From Mobula hypostoma (lineage: Eukaryota), in the NCBI RefSeq assembly GCF_963921235.1, contig NC_086100.1, positions 30,566,001 through 30,630,000 of the forward strand: a DNA stretch of 64,000 nt, written 5' to 3'. Below the pieces are notes generated by a model. That model was not told where the DNA came from and searched no databases. It was given only the letters and a program-made list of their open reading frames with translations. Position numbers and translations under genes: made by a program. Positions within the stretch are counted from its first letter, which is position 1; each line of letters begins with the position of its first letter. Shown piece by piece: positions 25,513 through 37,885 of this stretch.

Positions 25513-27061
25513 TATGCATTAGTGGTGGTTCATTTCTCTACCAAAGTTAAAACCATTGTTTTGATCATTAATGGTGATGCATCTGACGAAATATTTCATT
25601 TTCGAATAGATGTGAATGTTAAGAGGTTGTCCATTTGGTAATCCACAGAAGAAGACTCAAACAGGCAGTTTAATTATGACTCTCATATAAAACCAAAAGC
25701 TTCAGTCATTTTTTCCCAGTGGTACCAAATCCTTACTTTCGCTAATTTTGCCTTGTATAACACTGAACATACACTTTTTGTTTGCAAACTTGCTTTATCC
25801 GTTAAATCTTCCTAAATTGATAATTTTAAGTCAACAATATAAACTTAAAGATCATCTATTTATATTTATATAAACATTGAAGGTGACTGCATATTGGAAA
25901 ACAATTAGAGCAGTTGTGTGTGGATTTGTGTGAATACTGGCGGGCCCCTTAAATCCTGAATCATGCTACCGGCAGGTCATCAGTCCAATTATTTCTAAGC
26001 TGAAGGGACGACTCAGGAAAATGGCAGCAACATTGCTTTTGACGTGTTCAAGCTATGGTTACAAACTTCTCACTGTTTATGATGATGGTGAATTAGCATA
26101 AGCACTGAACATTACAGCTCAGTACAGGTCAGGGATTCCCAGCCATATTTATGCCATGGACCCCTACCATTAACTGAGGAACCCCTGGTATCGGCCTTTG
26201 GACCCACAATGTTGTGCAGACCTTTTAAAAGATTCAAAACAATTGAATCACAAAATTAATTGCACAATCCATGCCAAACCCTCTGCATTTTTCAGAGAAC
26301 ATGGTACATTTTTGAGGAAAGATCAGGTGTTGGTGTTCTAGCCAACATTAGTTCATCGACCACTGTCTCCCAAAAAGCAGCAAGAGATTGACCCTTTGCC
26401 TTGTTGCTGGAAGTTGGAATTTGCTGTGTACTAATTGACTGCCTTTTTAGCTCAAAGTAATTCACTGGTTGGAAAGCTGTTCATGACATTCTGAATTTTC
26501 AGTTTAATTTCCTTGTTAGAATCGGATGAAGAAACATTGAAACCCGGTAGACATCAGCAGCCCATTAACTCCTTAAGCCCATTCTACCATGTAATGATCT
26601 TGGCAAAAACATACAATTCTAGAAACAGATGGCATACATAGCTGTTACAAATGGAGCTATCTTCCACCTCTCCTCTCCTGGTCTGTAATCTTGTAGGTTA
26701 CAGATCCGCAATGCTCAAACAGGTACATATTAATTGGGATGAAGGTTTCTGTTTTCACCATCCCATTGAGCAGTAATTTCCAGACTCTTACTATTCTGAA
26801 TAAAAGGTGTTTTCCTCCACTTCCCTCTGTTTCCTGTATTAATTAACCCAAATTCATAGCCCATATCTATCAATCATGTCACACTAAGCCAATCAAATTA
26901 GCCACTTTCCCTTGGATCTGATGGTTATTTTCTTTCCATACTTGAACAGCTTTGATTGAGATCTCTTGACTGAACAAAAACAGCACTGCCTTGAAAGTTT
27001 CAGTCCTGAATAGATTTCCAGCACGGAATCAGAAAGCATGGCAGAATTGTTGAGCCACAGG

Positions 27062-29640
27062 ACTATATGACATAGGAGCAAAATTAGGTCACCTGGCCCA
27101 TCGAGTCTGCTCTCCCATTCCATCATGGCTGATCCATGATCCCCCTCAATCCCATTTTCCTGCCTTCTCCCCATAACCTTTGACACCCAGCCTAACCAAG
27201 AACCTATTAACCTCTGCTTTAAATATACTAAACGACTTGGCATTCACAGCTGCCCATGGCAATAAATTCCACAGGTTCATCAGGCTAAGGAAATTCCTTC
27301 TCGTAACTGTTCTAAATGCACATCCCACTGTTCTGAGATTGTGCCTTTCTGAGATGCACCTCCAAGTATCCAAAAACCTCATCCTTAACAATGGACTCGA
27401 TTTTCCCAATTTCTGAAGTCAGGGTAACTGTTCTTTCATTTCCTTTCTTCTTCCTCACTCCCTTAAAGAGTGGAGTGGCACTTGCAATTTTCCAGTCCTC
27501 AGGAACCATTACAGAATATAGTGATTCTTGAAAGATCAAGAATCTGTAATGCCTCTAGAACCTCTTCAGCTACCACTTTCAGAACCCTGGGGTGTAGTCT
27601 GTCTTGTCCAGGTGACGTATCTACCTTCAGACCTTTCAGCTTCCCAACCATTTTCTCCTTAGTAATAGCAACTGCACTCACTTCTGCCCCCTGCACTCAG
27701 ATTTCTGGTATACTGCTGGTGTCTTCCTCTATGAAGATTAATGCAAAATACTTATTAAGTTCATCTGCCATTTCATTGTTCCCCATTTCTATCTCTCCAG
27801 CATCATTTACCAACAGTCCTATATCCAGTCTCACCTCTGTTTTACTCTTTATATGTCTGAAAAAAAGCTTTTAGTATCCTCTTCAAAATTTTTGGCTAGC
27901 TTATCTACATATTTCATCTTTTCTCTCCTTATGGTATTTTTAGTTGCCTCTGTTGGCTTTTAAAATCTTCCCAGTCCTGACTTCCCATTAATTTTTGCTC
28001 CATTATATACTCCCTCTTTTGCTTTTATGCTGTCTTTGACTTCCTTTGTCACCCATGGTTGCCTCATCCTGCCTTTAGAATACTACTTAATCTTTGGGAT
28101 GTTTCTATCCCGTGCCTTCTGAATTGCCTCCAGATTTTCCAGCCATTGCTATTCTACCATCATTCTTGCCAGAGTCCCCTTCCAATCAACTTTGGACAGC
28201 TCTTCACTCCATTGTAAAACTGGTACATTTGACTTTATCTTCTTCCTCTCAAATGACAGGGTGAATTCTATGATATGATGATCACTGACTCCTAATGGGT
28301 CCTTTACCTTAAGCTCCTTAATGAAATCTAGTTCATTTCACAACACAAAATCCAGAATTGCTTTTCCCGTAGTGGGCTCGACCACAAGCTGCTCTCCAAA
28401 GCCATCTACTAAGTATTCTACAAATTCCATCTCCTGGGATACGGCACAAACCTAGTTATCCCAATCGACCTGCATATTGAAATGCCTCATGACTATCATG
28501 ACATTGCCCTTATAATGTGTCTTTTCTATTCCTGTTGAAATTTATATCCAACATCCTGCTACAGTTCAGGGGCCTGTATATAATTCCCATCAGGGTCTTT
28601 TTACCCATGCAGTTTATAACTCTACCCACAGGGATTCTACATCTTCCTAATTGATGTCACCTCTTTCTAAGGATTTGACTTCATTTATTACCAACAGAGC
28701 CACCCCACTGCACCTGTCTACCTGCCTGTCCTTTTGATATAATGTGTATTAAGCTCCCAGCTATGATTTCTTTCAGCCAGGACTCAGTGATGCTCACAAC
28801 ATCATACTTGCCAACCTCTAACTGCACTACAGGATCCATTTACCTTATTCTGTATACTGCATACATTCAAATAAAGCACCTGTAGTCCTGTATTCATCAC
28901 TTTTTGTTTTGATTTTGCTCCAATGTTCCACTTCAACTCATCCCCTGATTGCAATTTTGCTCTGTCATCTGCCTGTCCTTCCTCGTAGTCTCATTGCACA
29001 CTCCACCTACCTGTACACCAACTGCACCATCATCAACCCTATCACTCCAGATTCCATTCTCCAGCCCTCCCCTACAGCTCTGGCAAACCTGCCCATGAGG
29101 ATATTGGTCTCCCACGAGCTCAGGTGTAATCCTTCCTTTCAGTACAGGTCGATTCTTCCCCAGAAGAGACTCTAATGATCCAGAAATCTGAAACCGTGTC
29201 CCTTGTACCTCTTCCTCAGTCACGCAATCAACTGCACACCATCCTATTCCTACCCTGACTAGCATGTGGCACTGGAAGTAATCCAGAGAGAACTACCTTG
29301 GAGGTCCTATTCTTCAGCCACTCCCCTGACTCTGTATACTCACTGTGCAGGACCTCTTCCCCCTTTCTACCAATGTCATTGGTGCCAACGTGCACCAGGA
29401 CGTCTGGCTACTCACCCTCCCTCTTGAGAATCTTCTACAGTCACTCTGTAACATCCTGGACCCTAACGCCTGGGAGGCAACACACCACCCTGGCTTCTCT
29501 TCCACTGCCACAGAATCTCCTGTCCATCCTCCTAGCTATCGAGTCTCCTACCACGATCACTCTGCCTGACTTTACCCTTCCCTGCTGAGCCTCGGCCAGC
29601 CACAGGGCCAAAGGCCTTGCGGCTGCTGCTGTGCACTGAT
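27062..29640 (-). mobile_element. CR1 LINE, long but internally deleted (ORF1 SGNH esterase, APE, RT start, 3' end)
   Basis: ORF1 GRVIVVGDSIARRMDRRFCG...VVCCLPGVRVQDV...VLVHVGTNDIG (SGNH blocks, ~29330-29580); ORF2 GLKVDTSPGQDRLHPRVLK and IFQESLYSVMVPEDWKIASATPLFK; CR1 3' end at ~27062. Confidence 0.88.
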
Positions 29641-29970
29641 GGACCATCTCTGCCACCACTTTGGGTAGAGAATTCCAGACCCCCACCAACTGTTGAGTGA
29701 AAAATGTCGTCCTCTACTCTGTCTACTAATTAATTTAAATACACACCCACTATACTCATATATATCTCTTCCACTGAGTCAGCTTTGAACCTAACTTGCC
29801 ATTTTCCTCATCGCTTTTACATTCTTAATCAATCTATCTTGTAGGATTTTGCCAAATGTCCTGCTACTATCTATCTATCTATCTACCTATTTATTTAGAT
29901 ACAGCACTAAGGATACACTTGCGCCCCTTTGAGCCACACTGCCCAGAAACCCCTAATTTAACCCTAGCCT

Positions 29971-30596
29971 GTTGTTCGTCCATCATTGACGTCGAAGAGG
30001 ACCTCGACACCATAATGATGGTGTCGAGACTAGCGCGTGATTTGGATTTAAGTGAGGGAGAGTTGCCCAGCTTCAGCCTTACTGTCTCTTCCCAATTCCC
30101 ATCTGGATCCAGCGGCAAGACAGAGTCGAGACGGCTGGAGATGGGACTAGGCACAGTGGATGACCAGGACATCTTCTGTGTCTTGTCCTGCTCTACACAT
30201 TCCACGACGCTTGCAGAGACCGCTTTCTTGACCGTTGGACCTTCCATTGGTCTCGTCCGCTCAGTCTGCCGGAGTCTGTCTTCACATGCTGGGATAGACA
30301 ACCCCCTATCTCACCGAGGGTTTGAGACCCGTCGGCTACCCTCACCTGGTTTAGCCGGCTTGTCGAAGCCGTTGCCCGGGGTGTGGCCGCTGATAGCGAC
30401 TCGATAGCTAGGAGGATGGGCAGGAGATTCTGTGGCTGCTGTCACATGCAAACAGCTAGCTGTCACATGCAAACAGCTACGGGGAGCCACAGGTGAGAGC
30501 TGAGTGCCAGGTGGGGACCAAAGGTGGACTAACCGCCCTGAAAAGGACGTGACATGTTCCCCCACCAGAGGTGCTACCCCTCCCTGACACCCCATA
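29971..30596 (-). mobile_element. Bipartite non-autonomous RTE (BovB-like) element: 5'UTR fused to 3'UTR
   Basis: 12-bp TSD taaccctagcct (29959-29970, 30597-30608); (CAA)-type tail; perfect 11-bp stem-loop at 30003-30028; no RT coding; CpG-rich, so probably young. RTE assignment rests on recalled similarity to BovB/marsupial RTE UTRs. Confidence 0.78.
30339..30593 (-). ncRNA. Putative HDV-like self-cleaving ribozyme at the 5' end of the RTE-derived element (this copy probably disrupted)
   Basis: Minus strand: P1 GGGGUG (30593-30588)/CACCCC (30383-30378); P2 CUCUCACCUG (30499-30490)/CAGGUGAGGG (30348-30339); P3 UGGC/GCCA; L3 starts UCC with GG after P1 (P1.1); P4 CGGCUU-CGAC-AAGCCG; J4/2 GCUAAAC. 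Confidence 0.65.
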
Positions 30597-31369
30597 TAAC
30601 CCTAGCCTAATCATGGGGCAATTTACAATGACCAATTAACCTACCAACCTGTGTGTGATTGGACCGTGGGAGGAAACTAACCCACGCAGTCATGGAGGGA
30701 ACGCACAAACTCCTTACAGACAGTGGCGGGAATTGAACCCGGGTCACTGGTACTGTAAAGCGTTGTGCTAACCACTATGCTACCGTGCCTCCCCTATCAG
30801 ATAGACACTATAAATTTACTTCTGTTCTCACATGGCTGTGATTTAGCGGTGCACATATGTTTAAAAAGTGAAAAGGTAATTTTTAACAATGGATTGGTTA
30901 AAAACAGGTAATGGAATCAAGTGAAATGAATTCTCTTTCAGAGAATTAACTCAGACATGGTGGAATCGAGCAACTGCTTGTGTCAGGACTTTGAACAGAG
31001 ATTGGAGTTCATTCAGTCAGTGTAGAAATGGCCTCCAACTCCATTCACACAGTTGTGGACTCATTAATGATGCAGCAGCCTATGCCCAATGTGACACATT
31101 CCATTACATCAGAGACAGTTGCTACCCAACCATTGGGTGCTGCTCTGGATTTTCAGACGCGAATGCATTATAACATGCAGATGGGCTTGCTGGTTAGAAA
31201 GGTGCAAAAATGGATTAGGCATCTCCCTGAGGGAGAGAAAGTGGAACAAGAACCTGCTGCCCTCTTTTAACATGTTCGCATTCACCTTCCAATCTCCTCC
31301 TTGCCTCTTCACCCATGCCCTCGCTTTGTCTTTCAGCTAGCAGCCATTCTGCTTTCATCAGTGCCCAGA

Positions 31370-31662
31370 TGACACAGCCTTAAAGTAAAGGGACTCCCCT
31401 TAACTGAGATGAGAAGCAATTTCTTCAGCCAGAGGATGCTGAATCTATGGAATTTGTTGCCACAGTGCGCTGTGGAGGACAAGTTATTGGGTGTATTTAA
31501 GGCAGAGATTGATAGGCTCTTGACTGCTAACAGGGATAAGAGTTATGGGGAGAAGGAAGGAGAATAAGGTTGGGAAAAAAGTCTGTCATGTTTGAATGAT
31601 GGAGCATTCTCAATGGGCTGAATGGCCTAATTCTACTTCTCTATCTTAAGGTCTTATGGTCT
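31370..31662 (+). mobile_element. CR1 3' fragment
   Basis: gagatgagaagcaatttcttcagccagagg ... gggctgaatggcctaattctacttctctatcttaaggtcttatggtct. Confidence 0.75.
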
Positions 31663-31992
31663 AAGCTGTAACAAAGCCTTCAAGGTCAAGTAGTCCTCTA
31701 TGCCATCCTCTAAATTCAGGTGCGGTCCCCACCACTGAAAACCAGCAACCTTCCTCTAAACTTGCTGGAGCCATTAAGAGTTGTGTAGGTGTATTCATAT
31801 ATGCAAAGGCACATAGAAGACAGGGAATGAGGGTGTGAATAAGGATCATTATTTGTGTGCAGTCTGGCAAAATATCATTCCCTAATTTGTTGGAATACTA
31901 TACAATGTCATACAGAGGAAAGGCAATGAATTGTCTGCTTTTACTGCTTTCATACTGGCAATCAGCAAGGAGCTGCCCAGTTTACCTCCTTA

Positions 31993-32245
31993 TTTATTTA
32001 ATTTGGAGATACAGCACAGTGAAAGCACTTCCAGCCCAATGAGTCCACACTGCCAAATGATACCATGTGACCAATTAACTTACTGACCCACATGTCTTTG
32101 GAACGTGGGAGGAAACCAGAGCACCAGGAGGAAAGCCACGCAGTTACGGGGAGAACGGACAAACTCCTTCCAGACAGCGATGGGAATTGAAACCAGATTG
32201 CTGGTGCTTTAATAGTGTTATACTGACCACTATGCTACCACTCCA
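31993..32245 (-). mobile_element. V-SINE/HE1-like SINE
   Basis: tgtctttggaacgtgggaggaaaccagagcacc; gggaattgaaacc; gaccactatgctacc. Confidence 0.75.
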
Positions 32246-33207
32246 CCCTCTTTTTCCTTTCCTTATCCACCAATTCCTTTTACTCTTTCTTCTGCTCATG
32301 ATCCTCTGCTGTTTCCCATATGGTTGCTGGCAAGGACCATCTACTCAGGACAGTCCAGCATGTAGCACAGACTTATAAGTTTTATGACAAAATATGTCAG
32401 TTGTGCAGTTTGAACACAATAGGCTAATTTTCTGTGAAAAGAACAGACTTTCAAAAATACTCAGTGCTTGTAGCATTGTAACAATGACAAGCCACTGTGT
32501 CAGCTGTGGAATTTAAATTCAATGAATCTGGAATTAAACACTGTAATAGTAATGGTGAAACTACTGCATTGTCAGAAATGCCCATATGCTTCAATAGTTA
32601 TTTTCAGAGTTACAGGGCAGATAGAGGAAACAATCCCTTTGGTCCATCAAGTCCCTGCCAATCCTGTTAACCCTATTTCAGTACAATTTTATTCTCATTA
32701 ACTTCCCCAGATTTTATCATTCACCTGCACACCAGAGGCAAGTTACAGTGACCAATTTAACAACTCATACATCTTTGGCATTTTGGAGGAAGCAGGTTCC
32801 CCCAAAAGAAATCCATAACAGTCACAGGGAGAACTTCTTTTGTTGGTCTGGTCCATATGCAACTCCAGTTCCACCCACACCATCTCTCACCAGCCTTTAA
32901 AATGGTCTGGTACCAGAGAACTACTTTGTTCAGGAAAAATTAGGGGTGGGCAAGAAATGCTGCCCTTGCCAAAAGCAACTACATCCTATGAACGAGCAAT
33001 TAACTTGTAAGCAAGGGATGGTTTCCTTAAGTAGTGAGCACAGTGCCTCTTCAGCTATGTGCAACAAAAAGGCTGCTACCTGTAACACTGAGCCCTGAAA
33101 TGGCTTTGGTGATGACAAATGGTATTGTACACTGATTGCCATCAAGGTGTGTCTGCCCTGCATACTTTCAGTAGACCTTCCTTGTGGACTAGTTGATGGC
33201 GTCACCA

Positions 33208-33385
33208 CACACAAAATGCTGAAAGAACTTAGCAGATCAGGGAAATGAGCAGTTGATGGTTCTGCCCAAAAGCCTTCATCAGGACTGGAAAGGAATGGTG
33301 CAGAAGCCAGAATAACAAGGTGTGAGTTCCTCCAGCATTTTGGGTAAGTTGCTATTTCCAGCATTTGGAGAATCACATGTGTCTA
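33208..33385. mobile_element. Old mini-PLE (inverted arm + short sense tail), 14-bp TSD
   Basis: TSD tgatggc(g/c)tcacca at 33194-33207 and 33386-33399; degenerate hammerhead on minus at 33250-33287. Confidence 0.7.
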
Positions 33386-35220
33386 TGATGGCCTCACCAA
33401 TGTGGTGTCTAATGCACATGTTCCAGCTGCCATCTTGCACTTTCAAAGGCTGTTTTAATGCTTAAATAAAGGTATTACAGAGTGTGATGTCTCCTTCCCA
33501 TGTCCCATCAGTATTATACATTAGCATTTCCCAATGTTTTTTGTTTTTTTTCTGGTGATCTTAAATTTTCGTCTCATAGAATCATGGAATTGTGATCGCA
33601 ACAGAGGAGATCGTTTGGCCATCAAGTCTTTGCCAGCTTTCATGACAAAGCTGCACGGATAGCAAAATCTCGCAAAAGAAGTGAGATGAGTTTGGTATTT
33701 CTGGGTAGTTTGATGCTGTATGTGCACATATCACTTTCCCAGTGGACCTTCAAAGTGTGAACTCTTATGTGCCTATCCAACTCACTTCACAAAACCCTGT
33801 TTTCTCCAATCTTACTAGCTGTGTATCCCAGACCCTAACTATGCCTGGTGTGTAAAAAACAGGTTTTCCTCACACGTCCCTGTGACAGTCACATGAACTG
33901 ACTCCGATCCAGTCAGCCCTGACATTAGATATGTGTGTGTTTACCTGGGACTGTGAACATTATCGGCTAAGGCTAGAAGAAGTGAGATTAATAAATGAAG
34001 GCTGGATGAGATGCAAAAAAAAACAAAGCAGGGATTAACCCAGAGGTAAACACAATTCCAAAGACATATGCTGAAGTAGTGCGACATATGCATAAAACTG
34101 AATGTGAAATTGGACATTTTCTACAGTCAGCAGCAGCAGTCTGAACGCTGCCCATTCAGATGGGTTTCGGGCAATTCTGGTGGGTGGTTTCTCCGATACC
34201 ACAGTTGATTACAGGGTTTAGAAGTTGTGTGGTTCTTTAATACTGAGGTCTGTGGTGTTGTATTACTGGTCTGGATTGCCAGCGTGGTATGTGGCTAATT
34301 GGTGTGTTCAAAAGCAATAAAAGATTATTCTGAGCCCATTAGACAATGTCAACAGAGACAGGTGAAAACTATCACCCCAGTAACAGAGTGCAATTCAGGG
34401 GGTGGGGCTGGGAAAGTGCTACAAGACAACAAAAGGATTCTGGGGAAAAGATTTAGAGCCTTTTGACGATGTAGTGAAGTGGAAGCAGTATTAGCCAGCC
34501 AGACTCACATGGTTCAGAGGGGTCATTGAAAGTGCAGGAACTGTCATAACTTCCTAGCATTCAACACTTAGAATGCCTGAAAGAGATAAGGAATATAAAG
34601 AGAAAAGAGAGCTGTGGGGAACCTGATATTAACACTGAGGCAAAAGTTGCATTCAACATGAAGAAGGCCGTGTGTGTTTGTGTAACAGTTGAAAAATTGG
34701 CATGCCACCAAGTAAACCTTAAAAGATTTCACCATCATTACCTATTCTTTGACCCTTAGGCAACATAGTAACGGTAGATATTGAAAGAATCTGAACTGGA
34801 AACAACTCAAAACACTTCAGAGAAAACAGTTTAGAAGTGGAGCTGCCATTACATGGGCAAATACAACAGCCAGTGTTTGCACAGCAAGACCTCAAGAACA
34901 GTGAATAGATGTGATTGGTGCATTCGGACAACTCGTGTGCGCTAACCTGACCTTCAAAAGACCAACACAGGAGTGAAATGGAATGTAATGTGCCTGCCCC
35001 AGGGCATCTTTCAATAAGAAAGATGCTGTGCAAATACAAGTTGTTATAGTTATTATTATTGCTGTTTTTAAAATAGGAAAATGATGCCCTAAGCCTTGCT
35101 TTTAGCCTGTGTTATTTTTAATGACAACTTTGGTGCTCTCTTGTAAGTTTTCACTGTTGTTTGACTGTTAGCACCCGTCTAGATATACATTCATCACAGA
35201 AGAAATATATAGGGAAGATA

Positions 35221-37323
35221 CTCGGTGGTCAGTTAATTAGGTGCATTTGTACACCTGCTTGCGAATCCAAGTATCTAATCAACCAATTGTGGCAACAACT
35301 CAATATATAAAAGCATGCAGATGTGGTCAAGAGGTTCAGTTGTCATTTCAACCAAACATCAGAATTGGAAAGAAATGTGATCTAAGTGACTTTGACTGTG
35401 GAATGATTGTTGGTGCCAGATACATAAAGAGGCAAAAGTGGATATCAGACCACTGGAAAATGAAGATGGAGAGGAAGTAATGGGGGACAAAGAAATGATG
35501 GATGACCCTAATAAGTGTTTGGCATTGCTCTTCACTGTGGAAGACTCTAGTTGTATGCCAGAAATTGAAGAGTGTCAGTGGGCAGAAGTGAGTGTCATTG
35601 ATATTACTAAGGTGAAGGTGCTTGTGAAGCTGGAAAGTCTGAAGGTAAATAAGTCATTTGGACCAGATGGACTACACCCCAGGGTTCTGAAAGAGGTAGC
35701 TGAAGAGATTGGGGAGGAATTAATAATGATCTTTCAAGGATCACTAGATTCTGTACTGGTTCCAGAGGACTAGGAAATTACAAATGTCACTCCATTCTTC
35801 AAGGATGGAGGGAGGCCGAAGCAAAGAAATTATTGGCCAGTCACCGAGACTTCAATAGTTGGAAAAATGTTGGATTCTATGATTAAGCATGTGGTTTTGA
35901 GGTATTTGGAGGCACATGATAAAATAGGCTGAAGTCAGCATGTTATTTTTTTCCATGGGAAACTCTTTCCTGACAAATCTATTGGAATTCTTGAGGAAAC
36001 AATAGACAGGATAGATAAATGAGAGTCAATACATGTTGTTTAGGTGGATTTTCAGAAGGCCTTCGATAAGGCGCCGCACTTGAGACTGCTCAACAAGATA
36101 AGAGCCTAAGGTATTATAGGAAAGGTACTAGTATGCATAGAAGGAGATTGGCTGACCGGCAGCAGGCAACGAGTGGAAATAAAAGGGGCCTTTTCTGCTT
36201 GGCTGCCATAGATCCATGGTGTGCTGCAGGAATCAGTTTTGGGACCGCTTCTTTTCATATATCTCAATGATTTGGATGAAGGAACTGATGGCTTTCTGGC
36301 TGATATGCAATAGGTGGACGGGCAGGTTGTGTTGGGGAAGCAGGGTGTCTACAGAAGGATTTAGACAGATTGGGGAATGGTCAAAGAAGTGGGAGATTAA
36401 ATATAGTGTGGGGAAATGCAAGGTCTTGCCTTTAGCAGAAGGAATTAAGGTGTGAACTGTTTTCCAAATGGTGAGAAAATGCAAAAATCAGAGGCGCAAT
36501 GGCACGTGGGAGTCCTTGTGCAGGAGTCCTGAAGAGTTAACTTGCAGGCTGAGTCAGTTGTAAGGAAGGCAAATGCGATGTAGCATTCATTTTGAGAGGA
36601 CTAGAATACAAAAGCAAGGATGTGATGTTAAGGGTTTATAAGACATAGGTAAGACCATGAATGGAGTATTGTGAGCTGTTTTGGACCCCTTATCTAAGAA
36701 GAGGTGTGCTGGCAATGGGGAGGGCCCAGAGGAATTTCACAAGAATAATCCCAGGAAAGGAAGGGTTAATGTATGAGGAGAGTTTGATGGCTCTGACCCT
36801 GTACTCACTGGAGTTTAGAAGAATGAAGGGGAATCTCATTGAAAACGATTGAATATGGAAAGGCCTAGATAGGGTGATGTGGAGAGGATGTTTCCTATGG
36901 TCGGTGAGTCTGGGACCAGAGGTCACAGCTTCAGAATAGAGGGGCATCCATTTAAAAACAGAGATGAGGAAAAAGTTCTTTAGCCAGAGGGTGGTGAATC
37001 TGTGGAATTCATTGCCACAAACAGCTGTGGAGGCCAGTTCACTGGGTATATTTTAGGTGGAGGTTGATAGGTTCTTAATTAATGAGGGCATCAAAGGTTA
37101 CGGGGAGAAGGCAGAAGAATAGTGTTGAGAGGGATAACATATCAGCCATGATGGAATGGTAGAGCAGTCTCAATGGGCAAAATATCGAATTCTGCTATCC
37201 TGTCTTATTATCGAAGAGTATCTCTGAATGCGCAATATGTTAAACTTTGAAGTGAATGGGCTACAGCAGCAGAAGACTATGAACATATACTCAGGAAATG
37301 CCTAATAAAGTGGCCACTGAATG
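35221..37323 (+). mobile_element. Tc1-like non-autonomous DNA transposon split by CR1
   Basis: TIRs ctcggtggtcagttaattagg / cctaataaagtggccactga with TA flanks; transposase N-terminus (I)GKKCDLSDFDCGMIVGAR at ~35363-35420; resumes at ~37215. Confidence 0.7.
35421..37210 (+). mobile_element. CR1 LINE, ~1.8-kb 3' part with decayed RT
   Basis: LKVNKSFGPDGLHPRVLKEVAEEI...IFQGSLDSVLVPED; DFQKAFDK; EYCELFWTPYL; CR1 3'UTR. Confidence 0.9.
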
Positions 37324-37489
37324 TATCTTCCCTTGAGCAATTCCATTCCAGTCACCCCAACAAATTTTCTTCCAATCAACTTAGCATTCACCCACCTTGT
37401 ATTTCCTGAAATTTAAAAACATTCACAACCACTCACATAAAAGTTGCTGGTGAATGCAGCAGGCCAGGCGGCATCTCTAGGAAGAGGTG

Positions 37490-37526
37490 CAGTCGATGTT
37501 TCAGGCCGAGACCCTTCGTCAGGACT
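37490..37526 (-). ncRNA. Minimal hammerhead ribozyme motif (AUC variant)
   Basis: Reverse complement: AGUC-CUGACGA-AGGGUCUCGGCCU-GAAA-CAUC-GACUG. Confidence 0.7.
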
Positions 37527-37848
37527 AACTGAAGGAAGAGTGAGTAAGGGATTTGAAAGTTGGAGGGGGAGGGGGAGATCCAAAATGATAGGAGTCTGAG
37601 TCAAAGTGTGGTCGAAAAGTTGAAGAGCCGAAGAAATTACAGATGGGGAGCAGTGAGACATGGTTTCACTGAACTTCCGTCGAAGAGAGGATCTAAACTT
37701 CTTCGGTGTAGCCATCTCTCACTGCTCCCCATCTGTAATTTCTTCGGTTCTTCAACTTTTCGACCACACTTTGACTCAGACTCCTATCATTTTGGTTCTC
37801 TCCCTCCCCCTCCAACTTTCAAATCCCTTACTCACTCTTCCTTCAGTT

Positions 37849-37885
37849 AGTCCTGACGAAGGGTCTCGGCCTGAAACGTCGACTG
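37849..37885 (+). ncRNA. Minimal hammerhead ribozyme (intact; predicted cut after 37880)
   Basis: AGUC-CUGACGA-AGGGUCUCGGCCU-GAAA-CGUC^GACUG. Confidence 0.82.

Larger units (their letters stand above)
29870..30792 (-). mobile_element. V-SINE/HE1-like SINE split by the RTE-derived insertion
   Basis: Tail at 29870-29970; head and V-domain at 30597-30790 (gtgggaggaaact, gggaattgaacccggg B-box reverse complement, gctaaccactatgctaccgtgcc). Confidence 0.8.

Noticed and set aside
29856-30595. 183-, 136- and 94-aa ORFs in the RTE derivative
   Set aside because: GC-rich UTR sequence with no APE or RT motifs; the longer ORFs cross the element boundary.
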